A stretch of DNA of 64,000 bases, taken from positions 51,691-115,690 of the forward strand of contig JABCTZ010000001.1 in the NCBI GenBank assembly GCA_018238155.1, given 5' to 3'. The position numbers and the translations under genes are program-made. Shown here piece after piece: positions 20,127-29,883 of the stretch. The stretch's first letter is position 1. Each line of letters opens with the position of its first letter. The stretch is from Candidatus Heimdallarchaeota archaeon (GTDB lineage: Archaea > Asgardarchaeota > Heimdallarchaeia > JABLTI01). The notes under the pieces were generated by a model, which saw only the letters and a program-made list of their open reading frames with translations, was not told where the DNA came from and ran no database searches.

Positions 20127-21083
20127 ATGACTGAAATTGACTCAATATCTGAGCCAAATAGGGTTCTTGTTAACGGCGACGATAAAGGTACTAAGAACGC
20201 CAAAGTATTTACTTGGACAAAAGATCGCATTGTGCTTGCAATAATCTTTGTTATTATCATGCTTATCTCTGTAGGTTTGTTAGTTGTTATCATAGTTCAA
20301 GAAACATTCCTATTCACAGTTGTTCGTGATTGGTTTATTGCGCCCATTTTAAAAATACATATTGTATGGCGTATTGTTATGTTCTTAGCTGTTATGGTTC
20401 TCCAAAGTCTTTTTGCACCAATTCCATCTGAATTAATTCTTTTATCAGGTGGTATGCTGTTTGGGTACTATTGGGGTTCATTGATTGGTGTTGTTGGTTC
20501 CATGTTTAGTGCAGCAATCACTTTTTATCTTTCAAAACGTGGTGGGAGATCATTAGTTGATGCTGCTGGAAAGAAATCCGGTATAATCGATCGTACAATA
20601 TATATTTTTGATATTTGGATCAAAAGATGGGGAATTTGGGCCATTATCATTGGTAGAGCTGTGCCTGTAATTATGTTTGATCCTATAAGTTATGCAGCTG
20701 GTATAGCGAATGTAGAAGATAAACAATATTTCTTAGCAACATTTATTGGATCAATTCCTCGCGCAATTTTCTATTCTATTCTTGGAGTTCAACTTCTGGG
20801 TGATAGAGATATTAACGAAATTTTAACATTAACTCAAACTGAAATAGAAACTGCTGCAAGTCAATTCAATGCTATATTCTTCATTATTTTCAGCGTTCTT
20901 GTTTTGATGTTTGTTTTGTCAAATGTTATTTACTATGTAAATCAACAAAAGAAGAAGAAAGAGAATCTAGAAGATGATGATCTCGTAGTTGGTTCCGACG
21001 AAAATGTTTCTTCAAAAGCAATTGAAATTGTTGAAGAAGAGCTTTCTGCACCAGATAGTTTATCTGAGGTTGGAGAGGAATAG
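20127..21083 (+). CDS. DedA/VTT (TVP38/TMEM64) membrane protein
   Basis: APIPSE...GG.LFG, GRAVPVIMFDPISYAAG and ATFIGSIP motifs. Confidence 0.88.
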   Translation: MTEIDSISEPNRVLVNGDDKGTKNAKVFTWTKDRIVLAIIFVIIMLISVGLLVVIIVQETFLFTVVRDWFIAPILKIHIVWRIVMFLAVMVLQSLFAPIPSELILLSGGMLFGYYWGSLIGVVGSMFSAAITFYLSKRGGRSLVDAAGKKSGIIDRTIYIFDIWIKRWGIWAIIIGRAVPVIMFDPISYAAGIANVEDKQYFLATFIGSIPRAIFYSILGVQLLGDRDINEILTLTQTEIETAASQFNAIFFIIFSVLVLMFVLSNVIYYVNQQKKKKENLEDDDLVVGSDENVSSKAIEIVEEELSAPDSLSEVGEE

Positions 21084-21195
21084 TCTCTCTTCTTACTATT
21101 TTTTCTTTCAATGAATTATTGGTTGCTATATGGAATCGTTTTTATTTCCATTTTACATTTTTAGTATTATATTCTATTAGTATGATTGTGATATC

Positions 21196-22092
21196 ATGAG
21201 TGATGTTAGAAAAATAACTCAAAATTTGATTAAAGAAACAGATAGTGAATCAAGTTTCATTATACTTCTTTCAGCTTCTTTAATTCCTCATCTTGAAGAA
21301 CCAATTAACCGTGCCCGTTTTTTCAATTACGACAAAAAACGTGAATTGTATTTTGGTCCCAAAGATATTAATAGATTTAGCCGAGTTAAAGAGCTAACTA
21401 CGCTTATTTCAAAGCGCGTGAAAGCAAAAAAGCTCAAGGGATTCGAACGCTTACTCAAGACTTTCAGAGAAAATGGTTTAATGGTTCGCGAGAAAGAAGG
21501 ACCTTCAGATGGGATGGCTTGGACTGGTTTTGGTGGTGTACATTCCCATTATAATCTCACTCCACTCGGAAAAGCTTTGTTAGTATTACAAACTTCATTA
21601 CGTTGTAGTGCAGTGAACTTCCAAAGTATTGTTGGCTTCGAAGATTGGGATGATGTAATTGAAAACGAATTGAATCTCATAATTGATAGTGTGGTTAACA
21701 AAAGATTAACCATTCGTGATTATGATAATCATTTTTACGCAAAACGAAACGAGGCAAGTTTTGTTACGCAAAGAATTTTCGAATTTATTGCTGGCGCGCC
21801 CAAAAAAGTTTCAACAGAACAAATTAAAGATTATATCTTTGATAGAGTTGGCGAAATACATCTGGGTGAACTTCATGATGCAATACCAAGGCTTGCTCCT
21901 CTTTTGCAAAAGTCAGGTGATTCTTTTAGTCTGAATACTCGTGGAAAACTTGCAAGAATTGGTTATGCAACGGTGTTGGTTGAAGCAGCATTATCAATTG
22001 AGGAAACTGAATTAGTTCATTATATGATCTCTGCTAAATCCTTTGAAGAAGGTTCTAGAACGATATTAGAGCATTTTGCTATTTGGTTTTAA
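21196..22092 (+). CDS. Hypothetical protein, possibly two winged-helix domains
   Basis: Two wing-end motifs, YNLTPLGK and FSLNTRGK. Confidence 0.45.
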   Translation: MSDVRKITQNLIKETDSESSFIILLSASLIPHLEEPINRARFFNYDKKRELYFGPKDINRFSRVKELTTLISKRVKAKKLKGFERLLKTFRENGLMVREKEGPSDGMAWTGFGGVHSHYNLTPLGKALLVLQTSLRCSAVNFQSIVGFEDWDDVIENELNLIIDSVVNKRLTIRDYDNHFYAKRNEASFVTQRIFEFIAGAPKKVSTEQIKDYIFDRVGEIHLGELHDAIPRLAPLLQKSGDSFSLNTRGKLARIGYATVLVEAALSIEETELVHYMISAKSFEEGSRTILEHFAIWF

Positions 22093-22111
22093 ATAACGAA
22101 GGGATTTTTTT

Positions 22112-23029
22112 CTACCCTTTCGCCGGATGCCCTATAGCAAAATATGAGGGGTTATTTGTTGCTTCAGTTTTTTCTCCAGTATACATTCTCAAAGAATATC
22201 CTGTTTTTGCAAAACCTAAAGCATCCATTGCTTTGATGCCCCATTTACTATTTTCAGCCATGCCAATAGATACACCTTCAATTTCATCTGTTTCCAATGC
22301 GGTGATTATTGCTGCATCAATTAAATTAATCGTTGTCTGGAGAGAGTCACTCAAACCGGCTCGTATTCTGAGTGTTTTATTTTCAACAACACCAAACGAG
22401 TACCCAGCTAAAAAATCATTTGTATCTCTAGTAATGAATGCATATTCAGAAAATTCTTCGAATAGCAATTTAAGTAAGCCTTCTCTACTGCAACCAAACA
22501 TCTCTTCATCTGCTTCTAGAATTTCTGCTAAATCATCTTCTTTTACGTTATGTAATGGAAATTCTTTAGTAAACTTCATTCTCTTTTCTTTAAATAGAGC
22601 TTGTTTTTCCTCTGTTGATATGTCTAAGTAAAATCTCAACGAGTTTAACTCAAATTTGTAACCAACTCTCTCATATAATGTCCGAGCTTTTTGCACTGCA
22701 TCAAGTTTAATTGTTTTACAACCATTATATAGTAAATAATTCGTTGCCTCAATCATTATTTCTTGACCGATTCCCATTCCTTGCATTTCTGGTTCAACAA
22801 TTACATGTCCGATGAATCCCACATCACCATATGTAACAGTAAGAGTAATTGCAATAATGACACCTTCTGGATTTACCAAAAGAATGTATTTATGATGAGG
22901 GTTTCTAAGATATCTTTGGATATCATTTAATGTTTCATCCCAATCTGTAGTTTTCGCAATTCGAAAAATATCCTTGAAGTCATCCCGTTCACCGTAAACA
23001 AAATCTAATCGTTCGCTCATATTTATCAC
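22112..23029 (-). CDS. Tandem GNAT N-acetyltransferase (YitH-like)
   Basis: VIVEPEMQGMGIG and LYERVGY motifs; C-terminal RMY.G...KG. Confidence 0.85.
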   Translation of the reverse strand: MINMSERLDFVYGERDDFKDIFRIAKTTDWDETLNDIQRYLRNPHHKYILLVNPEGVIIAITLTVTYGDVGFIGHVIVEPEMQGMGIGQEIMIEATNYLLYNGCKTIKLDAVQKARTLYERVGYKFELNSLRFYLDISTEEKQALFKEKRMKFTKEFPLHNVKEDDLAEILEADEEMFGCSREGLLKLLFEEFSEYAFITRDTNDFLAGYSFGVVENKTLRIRAGLSDSLQTTINLIDAAIITALETDEIEGVSIGMAENSKWGIKAMDALGFAKTGYSLRMYTGEKTEATNNPSYFAIGHPAKG

Positions 23030-23093
23030 TCTACTGTTTTAGCTAGCAAAAAACAAAATATGGTAATAACCTTTTCATGTATTTGGGAAAAAA

Positions 23094-24338
23094 TTATGTT
23101 AACAATCTTCGCATAAAGTTTCGATAATGATTTTCTGCACTAAACTTCTCTGTAATAGTAATGCGGGTCTGTAGTGCAAGATCTCCTCTCATATTTTTAT
23201 TAGAAAATAGAGCTGAAATCCATCTAACTATTTCTGCTATATTATCTTTGGGAAAGATTATACCATTTTTCCCATGAGTGATTATTTCTTTTACTCCGGT
23301 TAAATCCGTTGCAAGACATGGTAAGGAACAACTCATAGCTTCTAGCAATGAAAGCCCTAATGCTTCTCTTCTTGTAGGTAACAGAAAACAATCAGCACTG
23401 GAATATAATGCTGCAAGATTCTCTTCGGTTTCTGCCACTGTAAAATGAAAGTGATTATCGATCTTTTCTTGTTTCAAAGTCTCAATAAGTTCTTCTTTAT
23501 AACGTCCTTCCCCTGCAATTAGAAAATGGATTTTGACGTAAGAATCACCTTTTTTCAAAAGTTCTTTGTAAATTGTTGGAAATAGATCTAATCCTTTTTC
23601 TTTGATGATCCTACCTGTATAGAGGACTACAAAAGCGTGTTCAGAAATGCCAAATTTTTCTCTGATTTGTGTTCTTTTCTCATCACTTTTTACAAAGACT
23701 TCTGTATCCACTCCTAGATATTTTACTTTTGAATTAATTCCTGCTTTAAGTAGATAATCTCTCACAGAGAGACTTACTGAAAAGATTCCCTTGAACAAAT
23801 TTTGGAATGAACCCAGGGCACTATAGATGCTGTCTTCTTTTCCATCAGGTAGAATAATATTCATAGGAGGGCTATGAGTCCAAAAATAGAATGAAGGTAT
23901 AGTATATGTGTTCAATCTCTGTTTCAGAAAATAGAGTGCATATGGGCTAATAAAATATGAATTATGGAAGTGGATGACTTGTGGTTTATTTTTGTTTATG
24001 AATTCTGCTAATTCTCCTGCAAGTTTCAAACCTGTAGTTTCGAGGTCATTATCATTGAACAAACTCTTTGCTAATTGTAAGCGATCTTCTGTTGGTGTAT
24101 TAGAGAAATTTTCAATTCGATCTACTAAATCACCACAATCTAACCGTATAACTGGAATACCTTCTATTACCGTTTCCTTTTCTTGATCATTTCTAGTTAA
24201 TTGTGTTAAAATGATTACTTTACGTTCATTGTCAATAAGATATTTTGCGATTCTTCGGAGATATGACTTTACTCCACCAATATCATTTTTATTAAATCGC
24301 TCAATAAAAAATACTATAATCGTCATTGTCTCCTTCAA
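23094..24338 (-). CDS. Glycosyltransferase family 4
   Basis: GGV, GRIIKEKG and REALGLSLLEAMSC (EX7E) motifs. Confidence 0.92.
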   Translation of the reverse strand: MKETMTIIVFFIERFNKNDIGGVKSYLRRIAKYLIDNERKVIILTQLTRNDQEKETVIEGIPVIRLDCGDLVDRIENFSNTPTEDRLQLAKSLFNDNDLETTGLKLAGELAEFINKNKPQVIHFHNSYFISPYALYFLKQRLNTYTIPSFYFWTHSPPMNIILPDGKEDSIYSALGSFQNLFKGIFSVSLSVRDYLLKAGINSKVKYLGVDTEVFVKSDEKRTQIREKFGISEHAFVVLYTGRIIKEKGLDLFPTIYKELLKKGDSYVKIHFLIAGEGRYKEELIETLKQEKIDNHFHFTVAETEENLAALYSSADCFLLPTRREALGLSLLEAMSCSLPCLATDLTGVKEIITHGKNGIIFPKDNIAEIVRWISALFSNKNMRGDLALQTRITITEKFSAENHYRNFMRRLLT

Positions 24339-24377
24339 ATAAGCGTCTGTAATACATAGTAATAATCTATTGGTTTA

Positions 24378-25493
24378 TTACTTTTTTTTACACGCGGGGA
24401 GAAAAATAACTATTGTAGTGATCAGTTTTCCATTTTCTTTTGAATCTTCTAAGAATACTTTTCCATTGAAGAGATCAACAATATTTTTTACTAAATAGAA
24501 ACCAAGACCATATTTCTGTGATTCGAATTCTGTTATAGGTTGGTTACTCATCTGTGGTACATTCTCTGATTTAACTGTTAGTTTTAGTTCTACCGTAGGA
24601 ATTTCTTGCTCTTCTTCATTAGTTAATGAATTCGTTTTCTTAAGGTCCAAATCAATGATTATTTGATTCAGAAGTCCGGGCATAATCATTGAGAAAAACA
24701 ATTCATAGAATAATTCTTGGAGTTCTTTTTCTGTTCCTAAAACAAAAATTTCATTGCTTGGAAATTCATTTAATTGATCGATCTTACAATCAACATCAGT
24801 ATTTCTTAAGTTTTCAAGAACTTGCTTCAATATTTCAACTATATCTAAACAAATGAACTCATCAGCATTCATTGTATGAATTTTCTTCATTTTTTTGTAA
24901 GAATGAAGTAGTCTGGCATTGTTATAATAAATGGTATTGATTATTGCGAGACTTCTTTTTTGTTTCTCAGTTAAATTCTCATCTTCTAAAAGCTCAATTG
25001 ATTCTGCGAGTGCTTTTGTTAAAATTTTGAAATCACGCACAAGAATAGTATTGAAAAAATCAAGTTGATAATTTAAGTGAGTGATTTCATCTAAGTTCTC
25101 TTCAATTTGAATATGACTTTCATGCCTTTTCATTACTTTCTCAATCGTATCTAGTAATAAATTCACATCAATTGGTTTTTCAAGGAGACCACATGCAACA
25201 TATGAAGAAAGAACTTCCTTTGCTGATTCATAAGAAGAGTGACCTGTGATGATAATCGATTCTGTTGTAGGGGAGATACTTCTTATTTGTTTAATTACTT
25301 CAATGCCCGAAGTATCGGGTAGCATTAAATCTACTAATGCCAGATGCGGTTTTACCTTTTCTACTAATTCAATTGCTGAACTGCCATCAATAGCAATAAA
25401 AGTTTCATACCCATTTCGAGTTAAAAGTTCCTGTAACAAAGTGCGAATTAGTTCGTTATCATCAATAACTAGTATTTTTGCCTTTAACCCCAT
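24378..25493 (-). CDS. Response regulator receiver fused to a degenerate histidine kinase
   Basis: Intact receiver (IDDN, VDLMLPD, ITG, KP); H-box reads ILVRDFK with no His; residual GLGFYLVK..V..FNG. Confidence 0.8.
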   Translation of the reverse strand: MGLKAKILVIDDNELIRTLLQELLTRNGYETFIAIDGSSAIELVEKVKPHLALVDLMLPDTSGIEVIKQIRSISPTTESIIITGHSSYESAKEVLSSYVACGLLEKPIDVNLLLDTIEKVMKRHESHIQIEENLDEITHLNYQLDFFNTILVRDFKILTKALAESIELLEDENLTEKQKRSLAIINTIYYNNARLLHSYKKMKKIHTMNADEFICLDIVEILKQVLENLRNTDVDCKIDQLNEFPSNEIFVLGTEKELQELFYELFFSMIMPGLLNQIIIDLDLKKTNSLTNEEEQEIPTVELKLTVKSENVPQMSNQPITEFESQKYGLGFYLVKNIVDLFNGKVFLEDSKENGKLITTIVIFLPACKKK

Positions 25494-25665
25494 AATGAAC
25501 ACATCTTAAATGTTATTTTTTGCTCAAAGAATAATTTCTATTATTGAAGAGGAAAAATGTTTCATATATGTTTTATGGATGGGACAATTATTTCATCTTT
25601 TTAATCAAAAAACACAAAAGCATATTAATATCAAAAAACATGCTATCCATCGGAGTTTTAATTAA

Positions 25666-26652
25666 TTGACAACATTCAAAGTTTTACTTACAAGAAAAAT
25701 ACCTCAACCTGCCATTGATTACATGTTAGAAAATGGTATAGATTTGGAAATTAACGAAGAAGATAGAGTGCTATCCCATTCTGAAATTAAAGAAAGAGTG
25801 AAAGGAAAGGATGGGTTAATCTGTTTGCTTACGGATTCAATAGATGGAGAAATCATGGAAGCTGCCGGTTCAAAGCTAAAAATAATTGCTAATTATGCTG
25901 TTGGATATAACAACATAGATCTACAGGAAGCAACGAAAAGAAAAATACCCGTAACAAATACTCCTGGAGTGTTAACTGAAACAACAGCAGATTTAGCTAT
26001 GGCATTACTTCTTTCGATTGGAAGAAGAATCGTTGAAAGTGATAATTTTACTCGAAAAGGCAGATTCACCGGATGGGGACCAATGCTTCATCTTGGAAAT
26101 GATATATATGGTAAAACATTAGGTGTAATTGGTTGTGGAAGGATAGGTTCTGCTGTTGCGAGAAGAGCTGCAAAGGGATTCAATATGAAAGTGCTCTATA
26201 ATAATACAAAGCAACTACCTGAATTAGAACAAGAACTCGGACTTGAATTCGCATCCGTAGAAGAAATACTAAAACAATCTGATTATGTTACTCTGCACGT
26301 TCCATTAACAGAGAAAACAAAACATATGATAGGTGAAAAAGAGCTAGCATTAATGAAATCATCTGCTTTTCTCATCAATACATCAAGAGGGTCTGTAATT
26401 GTGGAAAGTGCGCTCGTTAAAGCTCTTCAAGAGAGAAGAATCGCCGGTGCAGCACTTGATGTTTATGAATTTGAACCAAAACTAAGTCCCGGCTTACAAG
26501 AGCTAGACAATGTAATTGTGACTGCTCATATAGGCACTGGAACAATAGATACCAGAACAAAAATGGGCATGATGGTCGGTGAAAATTTACTTGCAGGCTT
26601 GAAAAACAAGCATCCACCAAACTGCGTAAATCCTCAAATCTTTGAAAAATAA
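25666..26652 (+). CDS. gyaR: Glyoxylate/hydroxypyruvate reductase (D-2-hydroxyacid dehydrogenase)
   Basis: AVGYNNID, NTPGVLTETTAD, GCGRIG, NTSRG, LDVYEFEP and HIG motifs. Confidence 0.85.
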   Translation: MTTFKVLLTRKIPQPAIDYMLENGIDLEINEEDRVLSHSEIKERVKGKDGLICLLTDSIDGEIMEAAGSKLKIIANYAVGYNNIDLQEATKRKIPVTNTPGVLTETTADLAMALLLSIGRRIVESDNFTRKGRFTGWGPMLHLGNDIYGKTLGVIGCGRIGSAVARRAAKGFNMKVLYNNTKQLPELEQELGLEFASVEEILKQSDYVTLHVPLTEKTKHMIGEKELALMKSSAFLINTSRGSVIVESALVKALQERRIAGAALDVYEFEPKLSPGLQELDNVIVTAHIGTGTIDTRTKMGMMVGENLLAGLKNKHPPNCVNPQIFEK

Positions 26653-26793
26653 CCATATTGAAAACTAAAATCAGTTTAATATCAAAAAGTAAGCTAATTT
26701 GTTGAGTGAAAAACCTAATATATCTTTATCACTAATTGTGAATTAACTAATAGTTCGATACTTAAAACTACTAGAGTATGGAGAATAAAAAAC

Positions 26794-27027
26794 ATGGCTA
26801 AAGCATACGTACTAATTAATTCAGAAATTGGTGGAGAAGCTGAAGTAGTTAAACAGCTTAAAGATATGAAAGAAGTAGTAGAAGTAAGTGTTGTCTACGG
26901 TGTTTATGATGTAATAGTTAAGCTAGAAGCTGAAACTATGGAAATTCTAAAAGAGTTAATTACATCTAAAGTTAGACACCTCAATAAAGTCCGATCAACA
27001 ATGACAATGATTGCGGGCGCAGATTAG
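26794..27027 (+). CDS. Stand-alone Lrp/AsnC ligand-binding (RAM) domain protein
   Basis: AYVLIN...G...V...VYGVYD.IVK...RSTMT; no HTH. Confidence 0.88.
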   Translation: MAKAYVLINSEIGGEAEVVKQLKDMKEVVEVSVVYGVYDVIVKLEAETMEILKELITSKVRHLNKVRSTMTMIAGAD

Positions 27028-27042
27028 ATTTACACTTAATTG

Positions 27043-27068
27043 AAAGGCTATTTCTTAGCCTTTTCCTT
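27043..27068 (+). terminator. Hairpin plus pyrimidine tract
   Basis: AAAGGCTA-TTTCT-TAGCCTTT directly after the stop codon. Confidence 0.55.
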
Positions 27069-27314
27069 TCAACTTTCGCTGATAAAGAATATTGATCTAA
27101 AGAGATGTTTTTAGTTTTTTTCTTTTTTGAAGAAATGTTTTTTTATCTTATTTTTATAAAAAACCTCTACTTAGTAGAAAGAAATGTTGAGAAACTGTAT
27201 GTAAAAAAGGCTCTAAACTGTGAATAAACGCTATAAAACTCAAAGAAGTTATATATTTTAACGATTCTATTAATAACAAAAAGAAAAACAATAATGAACA
27301 ATTGGTGAAAAAAA

Positions 27315-27566
27315 ATGGCAAGCGCATATGTTTTAATCAATACAGAAATTGGTGGCGAAGAATCAGTTATTGGTCAGCTCAAAGCAATGGATGTTGTGGA
27401 AGAAGTGTCCGTTGTTTATGGTGTTTATGATATTGTTGCCAAAATTACTTCTGATACGATGGAAAGCTTAAAAGAAATCATTAGTACAAAAATAAGACAC
27501 TTGAATAAAGTGCGGTCAACAATGACTATGATTGCAGCTGAGTCAAGAATTCTTAAGAAGAAGTAA
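27315..27566 (+). CDS. Stand-alone Lrp/AsnC ligand-binding (RAM) domain protein, tandem paralogue
   Basis: Closely similar to 26794-27027 (RHLNKVRSTMTMIA shared). Confidence 0.88.
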   Translation: MASAYVLINTEIGGEESVIGQLKAMDVVEEVSVVYGVYDIVAKITSDTMESLKEIISTKIRHLNKVRSTMTMIAAESRILKKK

Positions 27567-27782
27567 GCGTTTCTTCTGTCATAAGCTTTTCTTATTTTTA
27601 TTCCTTTTCTCAGCAAGTACAATTAAATGTCAATATCTATCTACTGATCATAATTTCCTATCTTTTTCTCTTCTCGATTGTTTAATCATTTTTCTCGAAT
27701 AGCACAAAATTTATTATATACGTATATTATCAATGTTTCTTTGTCTACAGAAGTGTAGGCATCAATTGGAGGAAAAATAGCA

Positions 27783-28856
27783 TTGCGTAAAAGATTATTT
27801 ATTCCAGGACCAACTGAAGTTTTCCCTGATGTTTTAATGCAACAAGCGAAGCCCCTCATTGGTCACAGGCCTAAGGAATTTACAGAACTTTATACTGGCA
27901 TAGTTGAAAAGTTACAAAAATTCCATGAAACTAAACAATGGGTTACTGTTCCAACCTCTTCTGGAACACTATTTATGGATATCACTGCACGTTGTCTTGT
28001 TAAGAAGAAAGCTTTAGCAGGCGTCAACGGTGCTTTCTCACAACGTTTTGCAGAGACAATTTCTGCTTGTGGCAAAGAAGTCGATACAATAGATGTTGAA
28101 TGGGGTAAAGCAATAAAACCTGAAATGGTACGTGAACAACTATCTTCAGGAGATTATGATACTGTTCTTGTTTGTCACAATGAAACAAGTACTGGTGTTC
28201 GTAACCCAATCTACAAAATTGGTGAAATGCTTCATAAAGAATTTCCTGATATAGTATATGTCATTGATTCTGTTTCTGCAATGGGTGGAGATTTAGTTGA
28301 ACCCGAAAAAATTCACAGCGATTTAATATTTGCTTCCACGCAAAAAGCCTATGCGCTTCCACCGGGATTAGCAATTGGTTTCGCTTCTGAGAAAGCATTG
28401 AAAAGATGCGAAGAAGTACCAAATAGAGGGCGGTATACTGATTTGCTTGGGTTATATAATTACTATCAGAAGAAACAACAAACACCAAGTACACCCAACG
28501 TTTCTCTCTTATATGCTCTCTCTTATCAATTGGATAAAATGCTCAAAGAAACTGCTAAAGGTCGGTACGAGCGTCATGCTGAAATGGCTACTTGGACTCA
28601 AGGATGGGCAAATAAACACTTTGAAATGTTCCCAGAAAAAGGCTATGAATCTCTTACAGTGTCAACAATTAAGAATACTCTTGGAAAGAGTATTAGTGAT
28701 TTAAACAAAGAATTAGCTAAAAGACACTTTATGATTTCAAACGGTTATGGGAAACCGCTTAAAGAGAAAACATTTAGAATCGGTCACATGGGTGATTGGA
28801 CTCTTCCTGATGTCAAAGAAGTTTGTAACCACATCGAAGAAATTTGGGAGCTGTAA
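27783..28856 (+). CDS. Class V aminotransferase (alanine-glyoxylate/serine-pyruvate/phosphoserine type)
   Basis: FIPGPT, HNETSTG, DSVS, STQKA..LPPG and FRIGHMG motifs. Confidence 0.9.
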   Translation: MRKRLFIPGPTEVFPDVLMQQAKPLIGHRPKEFTELYTGIVEKLQKFHETKQWVTVPTSSGTLFMDITARCLVKKKALAGVNGAFSQRFAETISACGKEVDTIDVEWGKAIKPEMVREQLSSGDYDTVLVCHNETSTGVRNPIYKIGEMLHKEFPDIVYVIDSVSAMGGDLVEPEKIHSDLIFASTQKAYALPPGLAIGFASEKALKRCEEVPNRGRYTDLLGLYNYYQKKQQTPSTPNVSLLYALSYQLDKMLKETAKGRYERHAEMATWTQGWANKHFEMFPEKGYESLTVSTIKNTLGKSISDLNKELAKRHFMISNGYGKPLKEKTFRIGHMGDWTLPDVKEVCNHIEEIWEL

Positions 28857-28861
28857 ACTCA

Positions 28862-29773
28862 ATGAAAGTTATTGTTACTGACAAAATCGCTGATAAAGGT
28901 GTTGAACTTTTAGAAGCTGCTGGTTATGATGTGAACAAAGCTTGGGACATACCTAAAGCTGACCTCCCCAAAATCATAGGAGAGTATGATGCAATAGTTA
29001 TTCGTTCTGCAACGAAAGTCAAAGGCGACCTTTTAGAAGCAGCCAAAAATCTAAAGGTTGTTGGACGGGCTGGTATTGGTTTAGATAATGTTGACCTTCC
29101 AAAATGTAAAGAGCGCAATATTGTTGTTCGCAATACTCCAAATGCTACAACAGATACTGTTGCTGAACTTGCATTAGCTTTTATGTTTGCTCTTGCAAGA
29201 CCGATTGTAAAAGCAACAAATACTATGCGGAAAGGTGAATGGGCTAAAAAGCAACTTAAAGGCACAGAGCTCCTTGGTAAGACATTAGGTATTGTTGGGT
29301 GTGGACGTATTGGATCTGCGCTCGCTCGCAAGGCTCACGCAATTGGTATGAAAATTGTTGGATGTGATGTTGTTGAAATTCATGAAGCTTGTGTTGATCA
29401 ATGCGAAATGACTGATGTTTTCGCTCAAGCAGATTATATTTCTCTTCATTTGCCATTGTTACCTGACACAAAACACCTTATTGGTAAAAAGACCATCGCA
29501 CAAATGAAAGATGGTGTTTGTATTATTAATTGTGCACGTGGTGGCACACTTGATGAAGGCGCAGTCTATGATGCTATAAAAAGTGGAAAGATTCGTGGTG
29601 TTGCTTTAGATGTTTGGGAAAAGGAACCAATTGAATTAGAGGTCTCTAAGAAACTTCTCGAATTAGATGAAGTACTTGGCAGTCCACATATTGGTGCTCA
29701 AACAAAAGAAGGACAAGAACGAGCTGGCATTCAAGTTGCAGAGGCAGTAATCGAAGAGCTGAAAAAGCTTTAA
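28862..29773 (+). CDS. serA: D-3-phosphoglycerate dehydrogenase-like protein, short form without an ACT domain
   Basis: IRSATKV, GRAGIGLDNVD, INCARGG and PHIGAQTKE motifs; ATG at 28862. Confidence 0.8.
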   Translation: MKVIVTDKIADKGVELLEAAGYDVNKAWDIPKADLPKIIGEYDAIVIRSATKVKGDLLEAAKNLKVVGRAGIGLDNVDLPKCKERNIVVRNTPNATTDTVAELALAFMFALARPIVKATNTMRKGEWAKKQLKGTELLGKTLGIVGCGRIGSALARKAHAIGMKIVGCDVVEIHEACVDQCEMTDVFAQADYISLHLPLLPDTKHLIGKKTIAQMKDGVCIINCARGGTLDEGAVYDAIKSGKIRGVALDVWEKEPIELEVSKKLLELDEVLGSPHIGAQTKEGQERAGIQVAEAVIEELKKL

Positions 29774-29815
29774 AAAAGTGATAATTGATTACTCACACTA
29801 AGTAAAACCAAAAAT

Positions 29816-29859
29816 GAAGCTAAGCTTTTTTTTGCTCTAGCTTCCCAGTCATTTTTTTT
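29816..29859 (+). terminator. Hairpin plus T-tract between serA and DUF1015
   Basis: GAAGCTA-AGC-T8-GCT-C-TAGCTTC followed by a T8 run. Confidence 0.5.
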
Positions 29860-29883
29860 ATAATTAGGAAGTGAAAAAATAAG

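Noticed and set aside
22083-22631. 182-aa plus-strand ORF (likewise 58665-59138, 28924-29331, 14367-14705, 17205-17543 and other short track ORFs)
   Set aside because: These are antisense or frame shadows of better-supported genes, with no motifs of their own.
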